Shown here in pieces: positions 23,693 through 36,158 of a stretch of 49,572 nucleotides of DNA. A program made the translations under genes and the position numbers. The number at the start of each line of letters is the position of its first letter. Positions within the stretch are counted from its first letter, which is position 1. The stretch lies in the NCBI GenBank assembly GCA_016618085.1, contig JABLTG010000147.1:1-49572 (forward strand), given 5' to 3'. The stretch comes from Neovahlkampfia damariscottae. Taxonomy: Eukaryota. The notes beneath the pieces were generated by a model. The model saw nothing but the letters and a program-made list of their open reading frames with translations. It did no database searches and was not told where the DNA came from.

Positions 23693-24611
23693 TCATTGAA
23701 TTACTGTTTTTCTTTCTCTTAATTGAAACGTTTTTTTCTGAGTTTGACAATCACATTGATTAATTTCATCATATGAATTTTTTTCTTTTAAATTCAATTT
23801 CACTTGTTCTTTTTCTCTTTTTGTTAAATGACAATTCACACAAAGTTCAGTTGTATTATATTCACAACATTTCATTTTTGGATTCTTAAAGCAATAATTT
23901 GAATGTATGGTTGTAATTTTATCAAATAAAATTGATTTTTCAATATTCTTTGTTCTTCCAATCGATGTTATTACATCATCTCTTCTTGTCAAAATGTCAT
24001 CAATTAACTTTTCTTTTTCTTCTTTCAATGTTTCTTTTTTTAATTTTGAATTTGATTTGCTCAAAGCATCAGTCTTTTTCTTAAATGCTTCATATTCATT
24101 CTTTTTTCCATTTAACAGTGTTTCTGTGTCTTTCCAATTTGATTTTGTTTTTAAAATTTGTATGGTATCATTTGATTTTAATTCAACTACAAATACTAAA
24201 TTTTTTTTTTTTTGAGATTGAGAATTGATTACCAATAGTTTCTTGACTAAAATATTCTTGAATTTCATTCACACTATCTGAATTTACATTTAAAATTACA
24301 TCTTTTCCACTTTCAATATTTTCAAGGATTGATTTTTTGATTCCTTTCAAAAGTGAATTATCTTCAAACCAAAACAGAATTTCACGTTTTTCTGTTTTTG
24401 TATAGAATTGTTGTGCTTCAATTCCATAATTTAATGAAAGAAATAACTCTTCAAAAATGAAATTATAATGCATCAGATCTTTTTGAATTCCTTTTAAAAG
24501 TGATTTTTGATATTTTTGAATTTTTGAATTTTCATTGGAACATCGAATTAAGAAAATAAATCCTTTTTCAATTTTGTTTGAATTTTTAAGATTGCTGTGT
24601 TTTTGACCCAT
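23693..24611 (-). CDS. Hypothetical protein (1 intron), possible N-myristoylation
   Basis: Two overlapping ORFs joinable by a ~30-nt intron near 24250-24290; starts MGQKHS. Confidence 0.6.
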
Positions 24612-24677
24612 TCTCCATAAAAACTGAATTCGTTATTGATATAATTGGTCTATTTTATTTTCGCCAAAAAAGTAAAT

Positions 24678-27600
24678 TTAATTTGCAACACCTAATGAAG
24701 ATTTCCCATTAATTTTGACATCAAACTCCATTAATTGTCTCATAAATGATCGATTTGGTTTAACAACTTCTCTTAAATCCTTTACATACTTGTAAGCTTT
24801 TTGTAAAGACCAATTATTCTTTTTCATCAAATATGAAACTACAATAGTGGCTGATCTGCTAATACCAAGTGCACACTTTAATGTCAAAATCTAATAATAT
24901 ATCTTACTTGAACTAAAACGACTTTGTTCTTGTCAATTGCATTATCAATAAATTGATGACAAGAGGTGAAATATTTCAATATCAAAGTATCTTCATTATC
25001 CTTAATTCGAATATTTAAATATTCCAGTTCTTTTAAAAAAATTAAATAAAACGAAAGTATAGTACCATTTGGAAAATAATTTGGACTTTCTTCAGCCATA
25101 TTTAAAATATGAGTAATTCCTAATGTTGACATTTCTCTTTTATTTGATGCATTCCATTCAGAACCCAAATAAATATTATCTGTAATTTTGGTTGGTGGAT
25201 CCATTTGACCAACAATAGTCATAATTTGATAATTGACATATTCTTTTCTTTCTTTAATTTCCATGTTTAGAATCTTTTCCAATTTCAAACGAACATCTTT
25301 TGTTGATATATTTTCAATATCATCTTCTTTCCTTAAAATCTCCCATAAATAATCAACAACTTCATCGTCTTCAAGTTTATCTATTTTTTTTGATCAACAA
25401 AAATAAAAAAGTACCATTTAAATAAAATCTTGAAAATTTCTTTTCTGCTCTTTGTTCTGGTGTTATGATGTTTGAAATTTGATCTCTAGCTCTTAAAAAT
25501 TTCAATGACATCATTGGTTGTAAATTTGGATCAACAGAAACAGTTGATTTATAATCATCATTTTCTTCTGGTAATTTTCGACGCATTACAGCAGCTAAAT
25601 ATGCTCTTGATGCCAACTGAATTGGTTTGATTCCTTTTTTGGTTAATAATTCACCAGCAGTAAAATCTCGAACTGAAATATCTGCCAATGTTTGTAAAGC
25701 TGTGAATTGAGATTGATGATTTTTTGTATAAATTGCCAACTTAATTAATGCTTCAATTCCATTTTGTGAATAAAATTTTTTCAACATTTTATTATCTATT
25801 GTTTGAACTATTTTTGTCAAAATCAAACAAATATCATAATGAAGTGATTCATCAAATATTGAATTAACGACACCATTTGAAAAATAAAAAATACAATCTT
25901 GTTCAATAAATAAATTAATGACATCATCTGATGAAAATATTTTTGAAATGATATCAAAGATTCTTTGTTTGACACTTAAAACTGTAAATTCTGAATCAAT
26001 CATTTCTCTAAAATATTTAAATTTTCCTTTTTGTGATAATAAGCTGCAAAATTCTTCTAAATTTTTTTCTGTAAATTTTTCAATATGTTCAATGACTTCA
26101 ATGAAATGTTCTGCTTGATTCTAAATAAAATTTTTAACACTTCACCAAAAAAGTGTCTTACTTCAGTTAAGTGTGATAATTCAATAATAGCACAAATTGT
26201 AAAATAAGAGGCTTCAATATCTGGTAAACTCAATAAAATTGTGTTTAATGTTCCCCAAACGTTGTTTTGAAGCAACAATTGATGATTTTTTTCATCTTTT
26301 GATAAATTTAATATCTTTTTTGCAATATCCTTCAATGAGAAGTATTTAGTTTTAGTAATTGTTTACCTTTTGAATGAACCAATCATTTGAATCATCCACT
26401 GTTTTTAAAACTTTTAAAATTTCTTCAAAAGTTGGTCTTTTTTCAGGGTCCTCTGATAAACAAACAAAAATCAAATCTATCAAGATTGTAGGCCACCAAG
26501 GTGGTACTTTTGGATTCATATTTCTATTTGAGAAAAGAATTAAACAATCTCTGATCTTTTACCTTTGAATTGGTTCTCGAATGCAATCAAATCCAATTGA
26601 GTCTATAAATTTAGCATATTAATTATTGAAATATTACCTTCTAAAGTGAAATTGATTTCTGGATGTTCTCTCATGTACAAGAGTTCAAATAGTACAACTC
26701 CAAAACTAAATACATCAGCTTTGAATGAATACACCAATTCATTGATAACTTCAGGTGCCATATATAATATTGTACCAGCCATACCTTTGATTTTTTCTTC
26801 TTCTTCAAATGTTTTGCTCAAACCAAAATCACAAACTTTAACTGTATAATTATCATCCACTAAAAGGTTCACTGAATGATTTTAATCATAATTTAGATAT
26901 CTTACTCGGTTTCAAATCTAAATGTAAAATATTCTTTTGATGAAGATAATTCATTCCATGAGCAATATCTTCCAACATTTGAAAGAAAGTTTTATCATCG
27001 ATGGTTGAATTCTGTAAAACATCATACATATTACCATTTTTAATATATTCCATAACAATAAAAACCTTTTTTGAAGAAATTAAAAAAAACTAAAATTTTA
27101 CATTTGGTTGATTTGTGCAAATACCCATGAACAAAGTGATATTTGGATGACGTAATGAGGACATTACAGATGCTTCTTCTTTCAATTTTTCAACAATTTT
27201 ATCTGTTATTTTTGATTTTAATCTTTTAATTGCGACTGTTTTTGACCAAAGTGTTCCTTGATATACCTCTTTTTATAATTTAAAAAAAAACAGAATAGAA
27301 ATACCTCCAAATCTTCCTTCTGCAATTTTTTGACCGAGTGTCACAAATTTATATTCAATTTTCCATGGTTCAACTTTTTCTTCAAATGTAATTCCTTCTT
27401 GTGTTTTTTTGTTTTCTTGTTGGTCTTTCAACTGAAAAAAAAAATGAATAAAATAACATGAAATACCATATATTGCATAATTCTTTTTATATCAGTATTC
27501 ATAGTTGAAGCATTATTCCATTGAGGAACTTGTAAACTCATTTTTTCAAGAACTAATTTTAATTTTGTTTTTTTGATTTACTTATTCTTGCAAATTTCAT

Positions 27601-28218
27601 TTCATCACCACGATTCGCGTTATATAAATGTCTAAATGAATGTGCTACACCATCTAATGCGCAGTCTCTCATGGATTCTTCAAGAGCTGAAATCCATTTT
27701 TCTAAATCAAGTTTATCTACTGAATAGAAAATATAAGTTCTACCATAAGTTCTAATAGCAAAACAATTTTCTCTTTTCTTTTGCCATTGTGGTAACTAAT
27801 AAAAAAATTAATTTTTTTTTTTTTCAAACAGCTTCAACTCGATAAATAGAGGCAGAAGCGATATCTGTAATCGCTCTTTTATCTTTATTCGTTTTAAAAA
27901 CAAATAAAGTGTCTTGTGTTAAACAGCAATATCTTTTCACCCAAGTAAATAAATTTGAAGAAGTCAATTGATACAAGTAACCTTTTGTTGAAAATAATTT
28001 CTTTTTTTTTTAGTTATATTTTTTATTCTTACTTCTCTTTCTTCTTGTGTGAAAGATTCAAATGTTCTTGGAGACATTGTTATTGTTTCTGGTTTTTCAA
28101 AATTATCTCTTGTTGGTGAACCTTCTTTTTCAACTAAAGTTTTTTCTATTTCGTACTTTTCTTCATCTATATCACCCGAATCAAAAATGTTTTTTTTTTG
28201 TTTGTATGAACCAAACAT
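24678..28218 (-). CDS. PH domain + TKL-type kinase + ARM-like helices + DEK-C/Slingshot-like dual-specificity phosphatase
   Basis: PH: KGYL..WVKRYC..EKWISAL. Kinase: EGRFG, VAIK, HLDLKP, DFG, APE. Slingshot-like: [32 protein letters not shown] found no convincing gene end or new start between the modules. Confidence 0.8.
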
Positions 28219-28298
28219 CACATGGAGAATAATGAACCAATCAAAAATATATTCCCGTTAAAAAAACAACAACCAATCATTGTGGTTCCCACCTAAAC
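28219..28298. promoter_or_regulatory. 80-bp bidirectional promoter with two CCAAT boxes
   Basis: AACCAATCA with CCAAT at 28237 and 28273, between divergent ATGs. Confidence 0.7.
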
Positions 28299-30433
28299 AT
28301 GTCTGACACCGAAACTGATACATCTATTACGTTTGAGCGAGAACAAAACAGAACACCTAATGTTACACCAAGAAAGAATCCTATGCTTAGCAACTTCTCA
28401 CCGATGAGAAAACCAGAAGCTTTAATTGAAGAAAATGATGATGAAGAAGAAAAACAAAGAAACAGAGCAAGAGATGAATTAAAAAGAAGAAGAAGTAGTT
28501 TTCATGTCAAAAAAGTCGTTATTTCACCACAAAACAACGCAAAAAGAAGAAAATCAAGAGCAATTAGAAGACTAACTCCAGATGGACTTGCTGACCTCTT
28601 TAATAACTGTATCAAACTATCAACAGAAAACAAAATCAATGCAAAAAATTCATGGAATTTGAATCTAATTGATTATATTGATGAAGTTATTGAAAACAAT
28701 ACAGACACCAATCAAAGCAATTTCCAAGTGGCAAGTTGCACACTTGATGCAAGTATTAAAATTTATTCATGCAGGGTTGACTCTGTTCACACTGAAACAT
28801 ACAAAGTCCTTGGAGAATTGAATCGTACAGATAAAAAGAAAGAAACAACAGAACAATTTGAATTAGAACCAAAAGAAGGAGAAGAAGTTGAAGAAAAGAA
28901 AAAGAAAAAAGTAAAAAAAAAAAAAGAAAAACTAAACATATGATAAGTCAAAAGTTGGACATTCCACCTTAGAAACAAATTTAAACAATTTAAACTTGAA
29001 AAAATTTGAAATGGAAAACTCAATTCAACCTTTATCTTATAAAAATATTTCAAATTATGATGTTGGAAGCGCTCAATCACTTTTGTTGAATAATTTATCA
29101 ATTTCAGAAACATGTGAAATCATACTTGATCAAGCTGCTTATAGTATGTTCAAAACAGATGATGACAATGAACAAACGGAATCAATTACAATCGAAAAAG
29201 GTATAATTTTTTATTTATTCAAAATTTTCAAAGGTTTATTTGTTGACACTTCCACTAATTCAAATGTTGTTACTGAAGAAGAAAATGTGACTGATGAAAA
29301 TTATCAAGAAATGGAAGTGGAAGACACAGTTGAACCAGTGGCGCCTAATTTCGATGATGTTGAAGATGATGTTGGTCCGACTCTTTTTGATGCTGATTTT
29401 GGTGATGATGATGATTTTGAACAAACTAATGAAAATGATGGTCATAAATTACCTGAATCCGCACTTGATGAGAAAGAAACTAAGGTTTCAAATCATGCTT
29501 CAACTGCAAATCTTGTTGAAAAAATTTTAATGGAAAGTGAATCAATTGTTGACTTTGCAAATGAATACAGTTATGTTATGGTTGATAATATTCATTCAAA
29601 GAAGAATTGGTCCGGTTTAAATCATTGGAAAGTACCAAAACCAAAAGGTTTGAAAGAAATTGATTAATTTTTGATTTATAGATGAAACTAAACCAAAAAA
29701 ACGTTCAGAAATCAAATTGAAAGAGTTAATTAATTTTGAATCTTTTGATTATGATTCTTCATTATTTGAAGTATCTTCTTCTGTCTCATCCAATTGTATG
29801 GCAAATTCAACACTTTCAAAACAAAATTCAACTACCAACATCTTACCAGTTGATGTTCATTATTCAATAGAAACTTTGATGAAACCATTTGGAATTCCTT
29901 TGAAGACAGAAGCTCATACTCTAAGAGTATCATCAAAAAATGATGACAAATCACCAAAAAAGAATTTAAATATTTATGAAGATGATGACTTTGGATCACA
30001 TGACTATGGTGGATTTGATGATGATGAAGTTGAAGGAAGACCATTGCTTTTAGGTGAAAATCTTGTTGGAACTGAAGAAACACTAAAAGAAGATCCAAAA
30101 GAAGTTCTATTAGATTTAACAAATTTTGAAAAAATGAAGTTGGTGGATGCTCCTCAAAAAGCAGAAAAATTAAAAATTGGATATGCAAAAACTTCTACAA
30201 AAGTTGACGTTAAGTTATTAAAGGATGATATCTTACATGAAATTAAAGCTAAAGAAAACAAATATCAATTTAGTGATGTTGTAGGAGGAGTAAGAACAAG
30301 TGAAAGTAAAACACCTGCTAATGTTTCGATACCATATTGTTTTATTTGTTTATTGCATCTTGCAAATGAAAATGGATTGGAAATTAATGGTAAAGAAGAT
30401 CTTTCAGATTTGTCCATTGCATACCCTCAATAA
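28299..30433 (+). CDS. NCAPH: Condensin complex subunit 2 (kleisin CAP-H/Barren)
   Basis: CIKLSTENKINAKNSWNLNLIDY, NFQVASCTLDASIKIYSCRVDSVH, CFICLLHLANE. Confidence 0.95.
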
Positions 30434-30534
30434 AATTTTTCAACTGAAAAAATAGTTTGTTGATTGGTGGAGAATTAATTGACGAATTGTATTTATTCAA
30501 ACTTGAGTCAAGAGATGACCAATCAAAATAAACC

Positions 30535-31317
30535 ATGATGAAAAGTGTATTGTTGTGTGCAGTTTTACTTTGTCTCACTTCATTGTGTTTCGCACAAGCA
30601 ACAGTTGAATCAGCTGAAGTTAATTTCTTTTCATTTAGAAAAGGTGTAAGACTTTTCAGACGTAGAAAAGTTGTTCCTCGTGTTGTCAAAAAAGTTGCAA
30701 AACGTGTATTCAGAAAAGTTCATAAAGTTCACCGTAAAGTGAGAAAAATTCCAAAAACAGTGGTAAAAAAAGTTAAAAACGTGTTGAAAGGAGTTTTGAA
30801 AAAATTTAGAAAAGCCCACAAAGGAGGAAAAAGAGTTTTCAGAAAAGCATTAAAAAAACTCATCAAAAAAAGAACTTTTGGAAGAAGATTCGGAAAAAGA
30901 TTCGTAAGAAAAGGAAGAAAAGGAAGAAGAAGATTTGGAAGAAGATTTGGAAGAAAAGGAAGAAAATCAACTGTTGCAAAAAAAATAGCTGCTGTAAAAC
31001 AATTGTTAAAAAGAAAAGTCACTCAAATCAAAGCTACTTACAACAAAAGAGCTTCAAACCTTCAAAAGAAAATTCAAATCCTCAAAAAATATGGTAGAAA
31101 AGGTAGAAAAGGAAGAAAAGGTAGAAAAGGTAGAAAAGGTAGAAGATTTCATAAACCAACTGGACTTGCAATGTCAAAAGGAGGTAATATGGGATACTGG
31201 AGTGTCAAATTTGCTTCAATGCATAAAGAAGGAGGAAACCCATTCGGACAAAGAAAAATTAAAAAATCAGAAAAACCTTCAAACAAAGATCTCAAAAAAA
31301 TCATTAAATTAGATTAA
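30535..31317 (+). CDS. Secreted, extremely Lys/Arg-rich protein of unknown function
   Basis: Hydrophobic signal peptide, CCAAT at 30519, intronless 260-aa ORF, no Asp/Glu over ~200 residues after ESAEVN. Confidence 0.8.
   Translation: MMKSVLLCAVLLCLTSLCFAQATVESAEVNFFSFRKGVRLFRRRKVVPRVVKKVAKRVFRKVHKVHRKVRKIPKTVVKKVKNVLKGVLKKFRKAHKGGKRVFRKALKKLIKKRTFGRRFGKRFVRKGRKGRRRFGRRFGRKGRKSTVAKKIAAVKQLLKRKVTQIKATYNKRASNLQKKIQILKKYGRKGRKGRKGRKGRKGRRFHKPTGLAMSKGGNMGYWSVKFASMHKEGGNPFGQRKIKKSEKPSNKDLKKIIKLD
31093..31143 (+). repeat. 9-bp coding tandem repeat (GGWAGAAAA) encoding (GRK)5GR
   Basis: Directly visible in the sequence. Confidence 0.95.
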
Positions 31318-31403
31318 AAACTATAAACTATATTTTTCATTCACGCAAAATTGTTTTTATCTTGTTATTTTTAACTTGCAAAATTATTGGTTAACGGTTG
31401 AAG

Positions 31404-32762
31404 ATGAGTGAAAAAAAGAAAACATCAACACAACCAAAGGAACAATCATTTTTGATGAAATTTTTAACAAGAGTTTTAGCAGGTGCTGCAATGTTAAGTG
31501 GTTTTACAGTTATTGTTTATCTTGGTCATGCCTACGTCACAGGTTTAGGTATTTACTGAAAAATAAGGTTCTAAAATTAATAGTTTTGTTTGTTTCATGC
31601 TTTATGTACTTTGAAGTTGTCGTAAATCCATTTTTCTTTAATCTAATAATACACTCCAGGCACTAGGACACAAAAGAGACCATGAAAACGCAGTTCCTGG
31701 TTTTAGATTCATGAGTGTTTTATTTTTATTAGTTGCTCTTTTTTATGGTTATTTGAAAGCTTTAAATACACAACTACTTTCAGTTCCTTATATTTCAAAT
31801 AATTTCAAATTTATTTTTGATAACTTGAATTTCATCACTTATTCAGGTGAGAAAATTTGATTTTAAAATTTTATAAATCTCAGCTTATATTTCATGTTTT
31901 TGTATTTTTGTTATGTTATTAAAGAAAGGTCATTATGCTTATCAATTTCAACAGTTTGCTTGGATTCATATGACTTTATTTGCTATTGTAGTTTCATTAA
32001 CATTTATTGTTTATAATACACATCAAGGTATGATATGGTTTGTTCTTCCTGTTACTTTAATAAATGTAAATGATATTTTTGCTTATTTCTCTGGTGTTGC
32101 TTTTGGAAGAACAAAATTAATTGAATTATCACCAAAGAAAACAGTTGAAGGTTTCATAGGAGCTGCAATTGCAACAGCTATTTGTGCGTTTGTACTCACA
32201 GGTTCATTAGTAAATTATAATTACATGATTTGTCCAAAAACTCAATATGACGGATTAGATCTTACATGTACACCAAATCCAATATTCATTGCAAGAGGTA
32301 TGTATAATCATTTTGAAACAAACTCATTTTTAAAGATTATCAAGTTCCACAATTCATTATGAACACATTGACATCAATTAATCCAGATTACTCAAAATAT
32401 TCAATGGTTTCACTTGCACCAATTCAATTTCATGCTGCTATTCTTTCTATTTTTGCTAGTATCATTGCTCCTTTTGGTGGTTTTTTTGCGAGTGGTTTAA
32501 AAAGAGGTTTACAAATCAAAGTAAAAATTTTACAAAGAAAAATTAATTTTTAAAGGATTTTGGAGATTTAATTCCAGGACATGGTGGTATGACAGACAGA
32601 ATGGATTGTCAAACAATGATGGGAATTTTTTCTTTTATTTATTATCAAACCTTCATTGCAGTTGAAACTGTTTCATATTCTGCTGTTGTTCATTCAATTG
32701 ATTTATTATCAAAAGTTGACCAAGTTAAAGTTTTGGAATATTTACAAACAATTTTAAAATAA
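31404..32762 (+). CDS. CDS1: Phosphatidate cytidylyltransferase (CDP-DAG synthase), multi-exon
   Basis: [49 protein letters not shown]. Confidence 0.95.
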
Positions 32763-32825
32763 AATTTTGAATGATTAGTCAATTGGACTACAGAATTCAA
32801 TCAAATGTTCGAATTTATTTGTTCT

Positions 32826-33715
32826 TTATTTCTCTAAGTCTGAAATATATTTTCTTGATAGCAAATCTGCTTTTCTTACTGGTTCTGGTATTTTATAAAT
32901 TGACGTTTTTTGAGTGATTTCCAATGCAGTTTCTAACGATATTTTATGTCCAATAGAAACATGAACAACATTTTTATTTCCTCCAAGTTTAAAAATCTGA
33001 AATTTAAGTTATATTTAAAACTTACTGCTCCATGAATAATACCTGAATCACCTTTTAAATATTCAAATTCACCTTTTAATTCATGTTTCATTTGATCCAC
33101 TTTTTCATTGGTAATTCCATCAATAACTAGTAATGTTTTGGCAATTCCAATCGTCGGTATATCAGATAATACTCCCAAATGGGAAGCTAAACCAAATCCC
33201 CTGGGATGATGAATACCACTTCCATCAACCATAATTAATTGAGGTAAGTATTCAGGAGATTTCTGTTTTGTGGTTTCAATCAAATCTAATAAAAAATCAA
33301 CTTCTCTAAATGCTAAGAATCCAGCTTTATAAGGTAATTTCATGGTAACTTTTTGATATAATTCATAAACAACTTTTAATTCTGGATAAGTTAAAACAAC
33401 TAAACTTGCAACTGCACAATCTTTTTCTTTTTTACTGAATGAAATATCTACTCCTCCAATTAATTTTAAGTTTTCAAGTTTTTTGAATTTAAAATCATTT
33501 TTTGTTATTAATTGTTTTCTTAATTCAATTTGTTCTTTTTTCCATTTGTCTAAAAGGTTTGGGTCAATTTTTTCTTTTTTTTCTTGTTTCTTTATTTTTG
33601 GTTTGACTTCTGTTTTTTCTGTTATTTTGTTTTGGGAAAAGTATTGGTATTGCTTTTTACCCTGTTTTTTTATTTTTCCTACAGTAGTCCACATCTCTTC
33701 TTTTTCTTTATTCAT
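32826..33715 (-). CDS. ENDOV: Endonuclease V (1 intron)
   Basis: GGVDISF, PYKAGFLAFRE, MVDGSGIHHPRGFGLASHLG, VSIGHKISL, IPEPVRKAD. Confidence 0.95.
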
Positions 33716-33876
33716 TTTGATCCGACCAATGATATTTCTCAAGTCTAAAAGAGCAAAACAAAAGGTTTGCTGGTTTTACAATAAATTTAGAGTACTTTGT
33801 TCATTCTCAAATTTGGAGAATAAAATTACCTGTTTTAAGAATGAACCAACCAATCAGTTTTCATCATGGAACAATA

Positions 33877-34467
33877 ATGAGTCAAATCTCCGATAAACAG
33901 TGGAAAGATTCTGAAGGTCTAAAAACTGAAAACTTCACTGAAAGAGCCATAGTAGACTCCAAAAAAGCTGAATTCAACCCAAATTCTTTGATGGAACTTT
34001 CAATGAAAAGAAAAATTCGAATCAAAGAAAAATACAACAAAATAACGAGACCAACAAAAGATATAAAACGATTTAGTATTGAATCTAAAGGTAAAAACCT
34101 TTTGAAAATGGATTTTGGTGACGATAACGTGGACTTTTCAATTAATTTTGATGAAATTGATGACATGTTTTCAAAACATTATGAATCAAAGAAAGAAACG
34201 AGTAAAAGGAAAAGAGAAGAATCAGTTGTTGAATCTGAAATTCCTGAACCAAAAAATCAAAGAATATCAATTGAATTTGACGAAAACATCATATTGACTG
34301 AACGATTGAAAGCAAATTCAGAAGATACAACCCATTTTCCAACGAAAGTGATTCCAAAAGAGAAGTACAGTGACCTATTTTCAAGTGCAGACTCTATTTT
34401 TTATTCTAATTTTTTTTTAGGATTTTCAAATAACTTTAAGAAAATATTGAATGAGGAGGAAAAATAA
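33877..34467 (+). CDS. Hypothetical charged protein
   Basis: Open frame after CCAAT at 33850; KRKR NLS-like motif; no firm domain. Confidence 0.6.
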   Translation: MSQISDKQWKDSEGLKTENFTERAIVDSKKAEFNPNSLMELSMKRKIRIKEKYNKITRPTKDIKRFSIESKGKNLLKMDFGDDNVDFSINFDEIDDMFSKHYESKKETSKRKREESVVESEIPEPKNQRISIEFDENIILTERLKANSEDTTHFPTKVIPKEKYSDLFSSADSIFYSNFFLGFSNNFKKILNEEEK

Positions 34468-34656
34468 ATACCTAGATTTGTAAATAAGTCATGTTCAGCA
34501 ACTTTTCATTTTACTAAATTTGAAAAAAAGTTTCTGATTGGCTCAGGACCCTAATTTTTCTGTTGTGAAGCTCTTTTTTTTCTGTTGTGAGATTTTTTGT
34601 TGGATATTTAAACCAATGCAGTTCATCTGTTCTTGACACATTTTTCCACTGAAAAC

Positions 34657-36101
34657 ATGACAGAAGTTCAAAATTACACTTGGGAAGAAGTTGAAGCACA
34701 CAGCACACCTGATGATTTATGGGTTTCATACGAAGGTGAAGTGTTTGATGTTACAAAATGGAAAGAAAATCATCCAGGTGGTTCAACTATCATTGAAGCA
34801 TCAGGTGGAAAAGATATAACTGATTTATTTGTTTCTTATCACAAATTAGAATCAACAAATATATTTGGTACAAAATCTTGTCCAAAAGTTGGAAATTTAG
34901 CAACAAACAAATTTCCAAGATATTCAGTTAAATCTGGATTTTATTCAAGTAACTCAATTTTTCCTTAATTCTTTCCAGCTTTGAAACAAAAAGTAGAAAA
35001 ATACTTCAAAGACAACAAGGTAAAAGATGTTAGAAAATTAGATGCCTTTGTAGCTTTAAACACACTCTTTATTATTACTGGTATAACTCTTTGCTACTTT
35101 TTTAGTATGTACACAAACTTCAACATTTTCGTTAAAATTCTATTTGCTTTTGGTGCAGGACTTTTCCATCACTTAATGATGGTTCATACAGGACATGACG
35201 TTTCACACAGCTGTTTTACAAGATATCCTTTTGTTTGGCAATTTTTTGGAGATGCTGGTGGTGTAATTCTTGGACTGTCAACGTTAGAATTTTTTAACTT
35301 TTTTTAACATTATTTTTTAATAGTGATATTTGGTTACACAGACATGTTTTTGGACATCACGTTTACACAAATGTTTCTGGCATTGATCCTGACTTGGGTA
35401 TTTACAAAGCTTCACCAAAAGAAGAACTTGCTCAATATCGTGCTAAACATATCATTATGCCTGGTTGGGTTCAAAAATTCGCTTACTTTATGGTTGTGTT
35501 TGATATTCAAGTTGATGATTTTTACAGTCATTTTCGTGGAGCTATGGAACATGTTAAAATCAATGCAGTAGGAACATTTGCAAATATCAAATTCCTTTCA
35601 CTTAAATTTGGATATTTAATTCATCGCATATTTTTACCAATTTACTTGGGTCAATCAATCAACACAACTTTATTTTTATTTGTCATCACAGAACTCACTG
35701 CAGGGCTCTTTTTTGGACACTTTTCTCAAATTTCACACATTGTTGATGATTTAGAATGGCCAGCGGATACACCAATTGAGGAAGATTGGGGTGAAATGCA
35801 AGTTAGAACATCTTGTGATTATGCAACAGATTCAAAATTATGGACATACTTATCTGGACATTTGAATTATCAAACATGTCATCATTTATTTCCTTCAATT
35901 CAACCACTTCATTATGAAGCACTTTTACCAATTGTAAAAGAAACTTGTAAAGAATTCAATGTAAAATATACTTGTTATAATAGTTTTTGGGAATGTTTAT
36001 CACATCATTACAATCATTTAAAACAATTCGAAGACAAAGCAAACTGCACAGTTGCAGATTTCTTAGGCTTCAGACCAGAAGCAGTTAAAGTTGTTGAATA
36101 A
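34657..36101 (+). CDS. Cytochrome b5-fused front-end (delta5/6-type) fatty acid desaturase
   Basis: HPGG, HDVSH, HVFGHH and QTCHHLFP boxes; 2 introns. Confidence 0.93.
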
Positions 36102-36158
36102 ACTTTTTTTTCAGTTCAAGTTGGTTTCATGTTTTTATTGGTCAATTTTTTTTTGTAA

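Noticed and set aside
30880..31143. Short repeats as a CRISPR-like or guide array
   Set aside because: In-frame coding repeats with no repeat-spacer structure.
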